A DNA stretch of 32,000 bases from Candidatus Iainarchaeum sp. (GTDB lineage Archaea; Iainarchaeota; Iainarchaeia; Iainarchaeales; CSSED10-239). Position 1 is the stretch's first letter; each line of letters opens with the position of its first letter. The stretch spans positions 36,418 through 68,417 of the forward strand of contig JBBISB010000001.1 of the NCBI GenBank assembly GCA_037441475.1, written 5' to 3'. This document shows, in pieces, positions 1 through 7,885 of this stretch. The notes below the pieces were generated by a model. It did not search any database and was not told the DNA's origin. It was given only the letters and a program-made list of their open reading frames with translations. Position numbers and translations under genes: made by a program.

Positions 1-1
1 T

Positions 2-235
2 TCTTGTGGTTTAAACCAAACCTTTGAAGGTAAGCCCTTTCCTTTTAAAGATAAAAAAGATCATATTGGAACATTAATGGCACTTTCAGATTATTTAGTA
101 CACCTAGATGCTGTTTGTAATAACTGCGGAGAGGCTGCAACAAAAACCTATAGGTTAGGGGACTCTAAAGAGACTGTTATCTTAGGTGGTACTGAAAAAT
201 ATCAAGCAAGATGTACAAAATGCTTTAAAAAATAA
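2..235 (+). CDS. tdk: thymidine kinase, C-terminal fragment (5' end outside window)
   Basis: Frame 2 is open from the window edge to TAA at 233-235. It reads ...FEGKPFPF...LMALSDYLVHLDAVCNNCGEAATKTYRL...VILGGTEKYQARCTKCFKK. The paired CxxC...CxxC zinc tail and GG.E.Y..RC are typical of type II thymidine kinases. Confidence 0.8.
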   Translation, partial: SCGLNQTFEGKPFPFKDKKDHIGTLMALSDYLVHLDAVCNNCGEAATKTYRLGDSKETVILGGTEKYQARCTKCFKK

Positions 236-307
236 ACCCCTCTAATAAAAGAAACAACAAAGGTTTATATTCTTTATCTACTATTAATATTTACAAATTA
301 TATAAAT

Positions 308-703
308 GTGATGATTACTATGGAAGACTATATTCAATTTACTTCAAATTTAAAAGATTTTAAAAAAGATACAAAAATTGTTTTAACACCTAAGACCAGT
401 GATTTAGATGTTTTAAAATATTATTTATCTATTCAAGGGCCAATAAATAAAGAAGTTACTTTACTTTTAGAAAAAGCAATTAATGTTAAGAAATTAGAAA
501 AAGATAATCTAAGTCTTTTTACTTTAAATGAAACTGATTTTTTAAAAGAATTAAACTCAAAGGTTATGAAAAAGAAAATAAATGAAATTTTAGAAGATTA
601 TAAAAAAGATCAAAAAAAAGCTTTATATAGTTCTTGTAAAGTTTATCTTTTAGAAAAGTATTTTTCAAAAAAAGAAGTCTTTCCTTCAATGCATAAAATG
701 TGA
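308..703 (+). CDS. hypothetical Lys/Leu-rich protein, paralogue A of a tandem pair
   Basis: 131-aa ORF; the start is ambiguous (GTG 308, ATG 311 or ATG 320) and it ends at TGA 701-703. No family recognised. It is collinear with the next ORF: DVLKYYLSI/DVLEFLVSV, LLEKAINV/LLEKMVDI, FLKELNSKV/FIKEINSSA. Confidence 0.5.
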   Translation: MMITMEDYIQFTSNLKDFKKDTKIVLTPKTSDLDVLKYYLSIQGPINKEVTLLLEKAINVKKLEKDNLSLFTLNETDFLKELNSKVMKKKINEILEDYKKDQKKALYSSCKVYLLEKYFSKKEVFPSMHKM

Positions 704-709
704 ATAGTT

Positions 710-1147
710 ATGGATGAAACAATTAATTTTATATCAAGTACAAAAGAGTACAAGGCTGTTAAAAAAATGAAAGTTATTCCTGGTGTTAAGGAAATGGATG
801 TTTTAGAGTTTTTAGTGTCTGTAGAAGTTACTACAAACTTACAGATAAATAGACTTCTTGAAAAAATGGTTGATATCACAAGCTTTAATTTAGAGGTTTC
901 TAAGTTATTTACAAAAGATGCAACTTCTTTTATAAAAGAGATTAATTCATCTGCTTTTGCAAAAAACATTGAAAAGACTATTAATGATACTTATAAACAA
1001 AATAAAGAACTTTTGGATGTTTTAAAGTCCTATTCTTTAAATAAATACTTATTACATAACAAGATTATGGAAGAAGATGCTGTTGGTTATTACAAAATAT
1101 TGTTTCCTGCAAGAAAGAAGCAACTAAAGAAGGCTATCTTAAAATAG
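710..1147 (+). CDS. hypothetical protein, paralogue B of a tandem pair
   Basis: 145-aa ORF starting 6 nt after the previous stop and in the same reading frame. It shares ordered motifs with ORF 308..703. Confidence 0.5.
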   Translation: MDETINFISSTKEYKAVKKMKVIPGVKEMDVLEFLVSVEVTTNLQINRLLEKMVDITSFNLEVSKLFTKDATSFIKEINSSAFAKNIEKTINDTYKQNKELLDVLKSYSLNKYLLHNKIMEEDAVGYYKILFPARKKQLKKAILK

Positions 1148-1191
1148 TTTTGTTTAAATATGTTTTGCTAATATATTACATAGTAAGTAGG

Positions 1192-1320
1192 CCCCCCTTA
1201 GCATAGCGGTCTAGTGCGTCCGGCTGTAGACATTTTAGATTTATACTAAAATTAAAGAGATTTATTTCTCTTTTAATGGCGGTAACCGGAAGATCCCCAG
1301 TTCAAATCTGGGAGGGGGGA
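1192..1320 (+). tRNA. tRNA-Tyr (anticodon GUA) with a 55-nt intron at the canonical 37/38 site; no encoded CCA
   Basis: Hand-folded cloverleaf. Acceptor CCCCCCT (1192-1198) pairs with AGGGGGG (1313-1319), with discriminator A1320. D stem is GCAT/GTGC. Anticodon stem TCCGG (1219-1223) pairs with CCGGA (1286-1290). The loop CTGTAG carries GTA at 1226-1228. The variable loop is 5 nt. T arm is CCCAG-TTCAAAT-CTGGG (1296-1312). C1:G72 and the short variable arm are the archaeal/eukaryal tRNA-Tyr signature. Confidence 0.9.
1230..1284 (+). other. tRNA intron with a canonical hBHBh' splicing motif
   Basis: Central 4-bp helix: C1224-G1282, T1225-G1281, G1226-C1280, T1227-G1279. It is flanked by 3-nt bulges AG|A (1228-1230) and TA|A (1283-1285). 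The outer helix is CATT (1231-1234) with AATG (1275-1278). An internal hairpin AAGAGA/TCTCTT lies within the intron. Confidence 0.8.
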
Positions 1321-1423
1321 TATTTTTCCTTATTCTTTTAAAACAAATATTTATAAATCCTTTAAGTGTATATACTAATATATTTATACATATTTGTATT
1401 TTTATTGAATTTAATGTGATAAA

Positions 1424-1990
1424 ATGAAAGTATATATTATACATGGATGGGGAGCAAACCCTAAATCAGATTGGTTTCCTTATTTAAAAGAAAAATTAAA
1501 AGAAAGAGGTTATTTAGTATTAGTTCCAATAATGTCTGACACAGATAATCCTAAGATTAAACCCTGGGTTTCTAAATTAGAATCCTTAAAGGTTACAGAA
1601 AAAACAATATTTGTTGGACACTCTGTGGGCTGTCAAACTATCTTAAGGTTTTTAGAAAAATATAATGGAAAAGTAGGCAAAGTAATTTTAGTTGCTACTT
1701 GGATGACTATTAATAAAAATAATTTAGATGAAAATGAAGAGTGGTCAATTGCAAAACCATGGGCTGAGACTTTAATTGATTTTAAAAAAGTTAAAGATAA
1801 AGCTAAAGAGTTTATTGTGATTTATTCGCAAGACGATCTTTATGCAATTTTAAAAGATATTAAAAAATTAATAAAAACATTAAATGCAAAAGAAGTAAAT
1901 GTTGGAAAAAAAGGACATCTCTGCACTGGTGATGGAGTCACTACTCTTCCTGAAGCTTTAAAATTTTTTAAAAAAATAAAAAAAGAATGA
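1424..1990 (+). CDS. small alpha/beta serine hydrolase (YdeN/RBBP9-like)
   Basis: 188 aa. It starts [22 protein letters not shown] and has the nucleophile elbow VGHSVGC, then LVATW and a late D...GH. The length and motif order fit the Ser_hydrolase family. Confidence 0.7.
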   Translation: MKVYIIHGWGANPKSDWFPYLKEKLKERGYLVLVPIMSDTDNPKIKPWVSKLESLKVTEKTIFVGHSVGCQTILRFLEKYNGKVGKVILVATWMTINKNNLDENEEWSIAKPWAETLIDFKKVKDKAKEFIVIYSQDDLYAILKDIKKLIKTLNAKEVNVGKKGHLCTGDGVTTLPEALKFFKKIKKE

Positions 1991-1997
1991 AATAATT

Positions 1998-2411
1998 ATG
2001 AAAAGCCATACAAAATATCTATTGTTTAAAACAAAAAAAAGAATGGAGTTTATAAACATCACAGAAGAGGTTAAAGAAGCTATTGAAGACTCTAAAGTTA
2101 AAGAGGGTTTATGTCATGTAAACGCTATGCACATAACCTCTGGTGTATATATTAATGATGCAGAGAATGGACTTATTGAAGATATACAAGAATGGCTTGA
2201 AAGACTTGCACCGTCAGGTAAAGATTATAAACATCATTTGACAGGGGAAGATAACGGAGATGCTCATCTAAAAAGAATGATTATTGGTCATGAAGTAACA
2301 ATTCCAATAACCAATGGAAAAGCAGACTTTGGTCCTTGGGAAGAAGTTTATTATGCTGAGTTTGATGGTAAGAGAGATAAAAGGGTTATTATTAAAATTA
2401 TTGGAGAATAG
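1998..2411 (+). CDS. YjbQ/UPF0047 family protein (secondary thiamine-phosphate synthase-like)
   Basis: 137 aa with [37 protein letters not shown]...GDAHLK and [23 protein letters not shown]...R, which is the typical UPF0047 pattern. Confidence 0.8.
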   Translation: MKSHTKYLLFKTKKRMEFINITEEVKEAIEDSKVKEGLCHVNAMHITSGVYINDAENGLIEDIQEWLERLAPSGKDYKHHLTGEDNGDAHLKRMIIGHEVTIPITNGKADFGPWEEVYYAEFDGKRDKRVIIKIIGE

Positions 2412-2508
2412 TTTTTTTTAAAAAATAAAAAACTAAAAAAGGAAGGGATTATTTATTGATTTTAAAAATGTTTTAAAAAAGCATAAATTAATTATTTTTC
2501 TTTTAATA

Positions 2509-3429
2509 GTGATAATGGTAGGGATATACTCTGTAATCTCTTCACAGATATATTATTATGGTCTTTTAGATAAAACAAATTTTGTTATTTATAATGATGT
2601 TGCTTATGTTTCAACTGAAGAAAAATTAGATTATAATATAAAGTATAACTCCTTAGATATCTATGTTCCTAGAGATCAGCCTGTTGATCAAAAAATGCCA
2701 GTCATTATATTCGTTCATGGAGGAGCATGGACTGAAGTTTTTGGAAATAAAAGTAAATTTGCAAACTTTCTTTTAAAGGCTATACATTTTACAGACAATA
2801 ATTTTATTTTTATAACCATTAACTACAGAGTTTACCCAGATTATAAATTTCCTGTGCATGTTCAAGATGTTTCAAAATCAATTAGATGGGTTTATGATAA
2901 TATTGAAGACTATAATGGTAATAAGGAGTTAATTTTTTTGCAAGGACACTCAGCTGGTGCACAGTTAGTGTCTTTAGTCTCAACTGATGAAACATATCTA
3001 AAAGAGCAATCTTTAGATCTTTCTGTTATTAAAGGATCTATACTTCTTGAAGGTGTTGGGTACGATGTTTTAAGATCAAGAGAGTTTGATTTTGATAGTC
3101 AGATAATAAATAGATATTTAATATTTCCATTTGGTGAAGATGAAAACATTATTAAAAAAGCATCCTCTATAAACCATATAACAAAGGAAAAAAATATTCC
3201 TCCAATGATTATTTTTACTGCAGAAAATACTGTTTTAAGAATAGCTAAGATAGAGGCCTTAGATTTTTATTTAAAATTAATAGATAATGACAAGTATGCA
3301 GAATATTATATTGTCCCTTTTAGAAACCACTCTACCTTAAATAGGTATTTTGGGGAAGAAGATGATTTTACAACTAACAAATCAATAGCTTTTTTAAATG
3401 GTATAATCAATAATAGAATAAGAAGATAA
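2509..3429 (+). CDS. alpha/beta hydrolase, esterase/lipase-type with an N-terminal membrane segment (start uncertain)
   Basis: It has the oxyanion motif IIFVHGGAW and the nucleophile elbow QGHSAGAQL. The frame is open upstream to 2437 and encodes a better signal anchor (KKHKLIIFLLIVIMVG) than the called GTG/ATG starts do. Confidence 0.7.
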   Translation: MIMVGIYSVISSQIYYYGLLDKTNFVIYNDVAYVSTEEKLDYNIKYNSLDIYVPRDQPVDQKMPVIIFVHGGAWTEVFGNKSKFANFLLKAIHFTDNNFIFITINYRVYPDYKFPVHVQDVSKSIRWVYDNIEDYNGNKELIFLQGHSAGAQLVSLVSTDETYLKEQSLDLSVIKGSILLEGVGYDVLRSREFDFDSQIINRYLIFPFGEDENIIKKASSINHITKEKNIPPMIIFTAENTVLRIAKIEALDFYLKLIDNDKYAEYYIVPFRNHSTLNRYFGEEDDFTTNKSIAFLNGIINNRIRR

Positions 3430-3526
3430 ATAAAAAAAGATAGATTTAATAAATAATAGAAACTTAATAAATAGTAAAAATAATTATATAAATAAAAAAT
3501 ATTTTAAAAAAAAAGAAAGAAAAGAT

Positions 3527-4576
3527 ATGTCCTCAAAAAAGAAAATTGGGCTTCCAGCAGGATCATTAGTATACACTGGTGATAAATCTCAAGATCTAAA
3601 GATTGAAGTTATTGAATACTCTACAGATCTTTATTCTCAAAAAGAAATGAGTTTAGATGACTTTTTAAAATTTCAAAAGAAAAAAGACTCAAAAATATGG
3701 GTAAATGTTATTGGTATTAATAATTCTTTAGCTATTTAAAAGATTGGTGAAAAGTACTCTATTAACTCCTTAGTTTTAGAAGATATTTTAAATATTAACC
3801 AAAGACCTAAGATAGATGATTTTCAAGATTATTTTTTCACAGTCTTTAGATCCTTTACTTTTAATGAAACTGAAAAAAAGATTAATGTTGAACAAATAAG
3901 TTTAGTTGTCTTTAAAGATATTTTATTTAACTTTCAAGAAAAAGAAACAGCTATCTTTAATCCATTAAAAACAAGATTAAGTAATGGTTCTTTTTCAAAA
4001 ATAAAAAATCATTATTCTGATTTTTTAGCATACGCTATTATTGATGTTGTTGTTGATAATTACTTTTTAGCCTTAGATGATCTTAATCGTCATGTAGATG
4101 ATGTTTATGAGGTTATCTTAGATAAACCAAGCTCTTCAAATGTCTCTGAGATTAATAAACTTAAAAAAGACTTAATTCTTTTAAGAAAATCAGTATGGCC
4201 ATTAAGAGAAAACATAAATAAGGTTTTAAAAGAAGAAATAAAACTTGTCTCTAAATCAACATTAATCTATTATAGAGATATTTATGATCACATTATACAC
4301 ACTATTGATATGATTGAAACAACAAGAGATATTGTTTCAAGCCTAATGGATATTTATCTTTCAACTATTAGTAACAGAATGAATGAGATTATGAAGGTTT
4401 TAACCATCTTTTCTACAATCTTTATACCCCTAACCTTCATTGTTGGACTTTATGGTATGAATTTTATTTATCTTCCTGAGTTTCAATGGAAGTATGGATA
4501 TCTTTTTGTATGGGTTATTATCTTAACTGTTGCAGGTTCTATGCTTTTGTTTTTTAGAAAAAGAAAATGGATTTAA
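3527..4576 (+). pseudogene. corA: CorA-type Mg2+/Co2+ transporter interrupted by one in-frame TAA (3737-3739)
   Basis: A single frame from 3527 to 4576 reads through to the CorA hallmarks LVLEDILNINQRPKIDDF and the two C-terminal TM helices with YGMNF. The only break is TAA at 3737-3739 (..NSLAI*KIGEKY..). Confidence 0.8.
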
Positions 4577-4739
4577 TTTTATTAAAAATTAATCTTCTTT
4601 TTTAAAAAAAGTAATTAACCCTAAACTCAAAAGCTTCTAAGTCTAAAATACATACATAACAAAATAAACAGGTATTTAAACTTAACTTGACTATAATTAT
4701 TTAACTAAATATAATTATATTTATGGATGGTGTTTAAAG

Positions 4740-7172
4740 ATGGCTATAGATTTAAAAAAATTAACTAAAAAAGAAGTTGAAGAATATTTAATAAAACAAA
4801 TAAACTCTCCTTCAAGATATATTATCTCCCCAATAACTGTTTCTGTTCTTTCAAAATTCAATATCAATAGATTTGATTTTGCAAAGAAATTAAAAGAAGT
4901 TAAAGCAAACTACACTGTTTTACAAGGTCTAGGTTTTAAAGCAAGAACTTTAGAAAAAGCAGGCTTTACTGTTAAGGAATTAAAAGAAGTTGGTTTTAGT
5001 TCAGTTAATCTTAGAAACTTAGACTTTACTGCAAAAGAACTTTATTCTGTTGGTTATACAGTAAAGGACTTACAAGTTGCAAACTATGCTTTAAAGGACT
5101 TAAAAGAAATTGGTATTAACTTAAAGGACTTAAAGTCAGTTGGGTATACTGCAAAAGATTTAAAAAAAGTAAACTTTACTGCAAGACAACTTTTAGAAGT
5201 TGGCTTTACTGTTAAGGACTTAAAGAGAGCTGGATTTAATGCTTCTCAACTTAAGAATATTTCTCTTACAGCAAAAGAACTTTATCAAGGAACATACACA
5301 ATAGCTGAACTTAAGAAAGCTAAATACAGTATTGATGATTTAAGAAAAGCTGGTTTTACTGATAAAGAGATTGGTATTAAGATAAAAGAAGAGAAGGTTA
5401 AACCTCTTAAAAAATTATCAACAGCTGTTAAAGCTAAAGTTTCAAAAATTAAAGAAGCTAAAAAAGAAAAAGCTAAGCAAAAAATAAAAAAGAAAGAAGA
5501 AGCTAAAAAAGAAGAAGTTGTTAAAATAGTTATTAATAATGAAACTTTAAAAAAAATGACAGCTAAAGAACTTTTCTCTTACGGTGTTACTGCAACTGTT
5601 TTAAAAGAAAATAAATTTACTGCAAAGGTTTTAAAGTCATTAGGCTTTAATGCAAAGGACCTTTACTATCTTCATTTTACAGCAAAAGATTTACATGAAG
5701 CAAACTTTTCTTTAAAAGACTTAAAGAATGCTGGTGTTGGAACAAAAGACCTTAAAGGCTTAGGCTATAAACCAGTTGACTTAAAAAAAGTAAAGTTTGA
5801 TAAACATACAATTCTTTTTGCAGAGTTTGATGCAAAGGATTTAAGAGAAGCTAAATTTTCTTCTAAAAAATTAAAAGAATATGCATATTCTGCAAAGGAC
5901 CTAAAGAATGCAGGTTATTCCTTAAAGGACTTAGTTTCTGCAAACTATAAATTAAAAGAAATCTTAGATTGTGGTTTTACATTTAAAGAACTTTCAAAGA
6001 TATTTACTTTAAAACAACTTTTAAACAAAGGTTACACTTTAAAAGAGATTAGAGAAGTGTATACTCTTGAAGAAATAATTGAAAACAACTTCACTATTAA
6101 AGAACTTTTAGATGTTGGCTTTACATATAAAGAACTTTTAAAAGAAATACCTTTAAAGAGATTTAAGAAAGAAGGAATCTCTCCAAAGCCATTGTATGAA
6201 AATGGAAAAACTATTGAAGAACTTAAAGAAGCTGGTTATGAGTTTTCAGAACTTGTATCTTTACAAAAGATAGAATCTGTTCTTCTTTCTGAAGATAAGG
6301 TTGTTTCTTTAGATGAACTTAAGTATTTAAAATACACAATACCTGAACTTTTTAAACTTGGGTATACTGTTAGAGACTTAAGAGAAGCTGGTTATCAAGC
6401 AATTGAGCTTAAGAACGCAGGTTGTACTTGTTATGATTTATTAACAGGTGGTTTTTCTTTAAGAGAAGTACATATGCTTGGTTGTACAATTAAAGACTTT
6501 TTAGCTAATGGTTATAACTTAGTTGACTTAAGACTTGCAGGCTTTACTGCTCTTGAACTTCATTTAGAGGGATACTCTTTAATTGAACTTAGACATTCTG
6601 GTTTTTCAGCAAGAGAACTTTTAAGTATTGGGTATACAGCAAAACAATATCATGCAGCTGGGTATACTGCAAAAGAACTTTATGATGCTGGTTTTGATGT
6701 TTCAACCATTAGGTTTGCAGGGTATAAGGCAAAGGAACTTTATGGTTTAGGAGTTCCAATCTCTGAGTTTTATAATGCTGGGTATACTGCAAAGGAAATG
6801 ACTCAAGCAGGATATCATCCAAAGGACTTAAAACCATTCTATTCAGCTAAGCTTTTAAAAATGGCTGGTTGTGATGCTTCTTCTATGAAGGAAGGCGGTT
6901 TTTCAGCAAAGGAACTTTATGATGCTGGGTATACTGCAAGACAACTTCATTATGCTGGTTATCCTGCAAAAGATGTTTTTGACTTAGGTGTTGGTATAAG
7001 GCTTATGAAGGTTATACACTATAGTGCTAAGGAACTTAAGGGTTTAAACTTTTCTGCAAGAGAGCTTAGAAATGTAGGTTATTCTTTAGAGGAACTTAAG
7101 CTTGCTGGTTATTCAGAAGCTGAGCTTTTGGATGCTGGTTTTTCAATGTCAAAGATAAGGGATACTCTTTAA
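4740..7172 (+). CDS. 810-aa decapeptide-repeat protein (aGfTaKeLkx units; pentapeptide-repeat-like), cytoplasmic
   Basis: Intact ATG ORF preceded by GGATGGTG. There is no signal peptide. Almost the whole protein is 10-residue units such as AGFTVKELKE, VGYTAKDLKK and AGYTAKELYD. A Lys-rich linker splits them into two arrays. Confidence 0.85.
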   Translation: MAIDLKKLTKKEVEEYLIKQINSPSRYIISPITVSVLSKFNINRFDFAKKLKEVKANYTVLQGLGFKARTLEKAGFTVKELKEVGFSSVNLRNLDFTAKELYSVGYTVKDLQVANYALKDLKEIGINLKDLKSVGYTAKDLKKVNFTARQLLEVGFTVKDLKRAGFNASQLKNISLTAKELYQGTYTIAELKKAKYSIDDLRKAGFTDKEIGIKIKEEKVKPLKKLSTAVKAKVSKIKEAKKEKAKQKIKKKEEAKKEEVVKIVINNETLKKMTAKELFSYGVTATVLKENKFTAKVLKSLGFNAKDLYYLHFTAKDLHEANFSLKDLKNAGVGTKDLKGLGYKPVDLKKVKFDKHTILFAEFDAKDLREAKFSSKKLKEYAYSAKDLKNAGYSLKDLVSANYKLKEILDCGFTFKELSKIFTLKQLLNKGYTLKEIREVYTLEEIIENNFTIKELLDVGFTYKELLKEIPLKRFKKEGISPKPLYENGKTIEELKEAGYEFSELVSLQKIESVLLSEDKVVSLDELKYLKYTIPELFKLGYTVRDLREAGYQAIELKNAGCTCYDLLTGGFSLREVHMLGCTIKDFLANGYNLVDLRLAGFTALELHLEGYSLIELRHSGFSARELLSIGYTAKQYHAAGYTAKELYDAGFDVSTIRFAGYKAKELYGLGVPISEFYNAGYTAKEMTQAGYHPKDLKPFYSAKLLKMAGCDASSMKEGGFSAKELYDAGYTARQLHYAGYPAKDVFDLGVGIRLMKVIHYSAKELKGLNFSARELRNVGYSLEELKLAGYSEAELLDAGFSMSKIRDTL
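4911..7157 (+). repeat. 30-bp-period coding tandem repeats (two arrays, about 4911-5375 and 5541-7157)
   Basis: Recurrent DNA words include gctgggtatactgcaaa (near 6657, 6777 and 6917), gttgggtatactgcaaaagat (near 5140) and aaggacttaaa. The units are diverged, contiguous and always in frame. Confidence 0.8.
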
Positions 7173-7199
7173 GTTTTTTAAAGAGTTTTCTTTTTTTTC
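7164..7199 (+). terminator. hairpin plus oligo-T terminator after the repeat-protein gene
   Basis: Perfect 9-bp inverted repeat ACTCTTTAA (7164-7172) / TTAAAGAGT (7178-7186) spans the stop codon. It is followed by TTTCTTTTTTTT. Confidence 0.5.
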
Positions 7200-7300
7200 T
7201 ATTTTTTAAATTTCTATTTTTTTTATATATTATTTACAATATATTTATTAATTAATCTATAGTATATATTAATATATATTTTTAAAAAAAGTCTTTTGTA

Positions 7301-7306
7301 GAGGTG
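7301..7306 (+). promoter_or_regulatory. Shine-Dalgarno-like site (GAGGTG) for dfx
   Basis: GAGGTG lies 8 nt upstream of ATG 7315. Confidence 0.5.
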
Positions 7307-7314
7307 TTTTGGTT

Positions 7315-7713
7315 ATGAATGCAGGTGAAGAGTATAAATGTTCTGTTTGTGGAAATATTGTTGAAGTTAAGGAAGTTGGAGGAGGTACTTTAGTTTGTTG
7401 TGGCAAGAACATGAATCTTTTATCCTTACAAGAAACACAAAGTGCTGATGATCTTGAAAAAATGCATATGCCTTCAATTGAGATTAAGGGAGAAAAGGAG
7501 ATATTTGTAAGAGTTGGTGAGCCTTTACATCCAATGTCACAAGAGCATTATATCAAATGGATAGAGATATCAGTTGATGGATCTTTATATGTTAAGAGTC
7601 TTAACTATTGGGATAAACCAGAAGCTCTTTTTAAGGTTCCTGTTGGAAGAAAAGTAGCTGTAAGGGCTATGTGTAATCTTCATAATGTTTATAAGAGAGT
7701 CTATAATTTATAG
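7315..7713 (+). CDS. dfx: desulfoferrodoxin (2Fe superoxide reductase)
   Basis: The N-terminal desulforedoxin module is YKCSVCGNIVEV...LVCCGKNM. The SOR module has HMPSIE, VGEPLHPMSQEHYIKWIE and CNLHNVYK. ATG 7315 is preferred over TTG 7309 because of the SD spacing. Confidence 0.85.
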   Translation: MNAGEEYKCSVCGNIVEVKEVGGGTLVCCGKNMNLLSLQETQSADDLEKMHMPSIEIKGEKEIFVRVGEPLHPMSQEHYIKWIEISVDGSLYVKSLNYWDKPEALFKVPVGRKVAVRAMCNLHNVYKRVYNL

Positions 7714-7716
7714 ATT

Positions 7717-7735
7717 CTTTCTTTTTGTTTTTTTT
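7717..7735 (+). terminator. oligo-T termination tract after dfx
   Basis: CTTTCTTTTTGTTTTTTTT follows directly after TAG 7711-7713. Archaeal termination uses oligo-T tracts. Confidence 0.4.
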
Positions 7736-7885
7736 AATGCTTAATTAGCATTAACTTTTCTTTTTAAATGTTTCTATATATATTATATATAGATTTAATA
7801 TATGTTTTTTAAAATATGTTATATATGGGAAATAAAATCTATTTTTTTATAAAAAATTAATTTTTTAAAAAAAATATTTGGTGGT

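Noticed and set aside
1148-1423. tRNA-Tyr as an integration site for a genomic island or mobile element.
   Set aside because: There is no integrase, transposase or phage gene in the window. I could find no direct repeat of the tRNA 3' end elsewhere. The flanking genes are ordinary housekeeping genes.
1262-1444. 60-aa minus-strand ORF from the ORF track.
   Set aside because: It overlaps the 3' half of the tRNA-Tyr gene and an AT-rich spacer, and its composition is low-complexity. It is spurious.
4740-7172. CRISPR array or non-coding satellite, suggested by the about 30-bp periodic DNA repeats.
   Set aside because: The units are contiguous with no unique spacers and are diverged at wobble positions. 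They stay in one 2.4-kb open frame with an SD-led ATG. They are coding decapeptide repeats.
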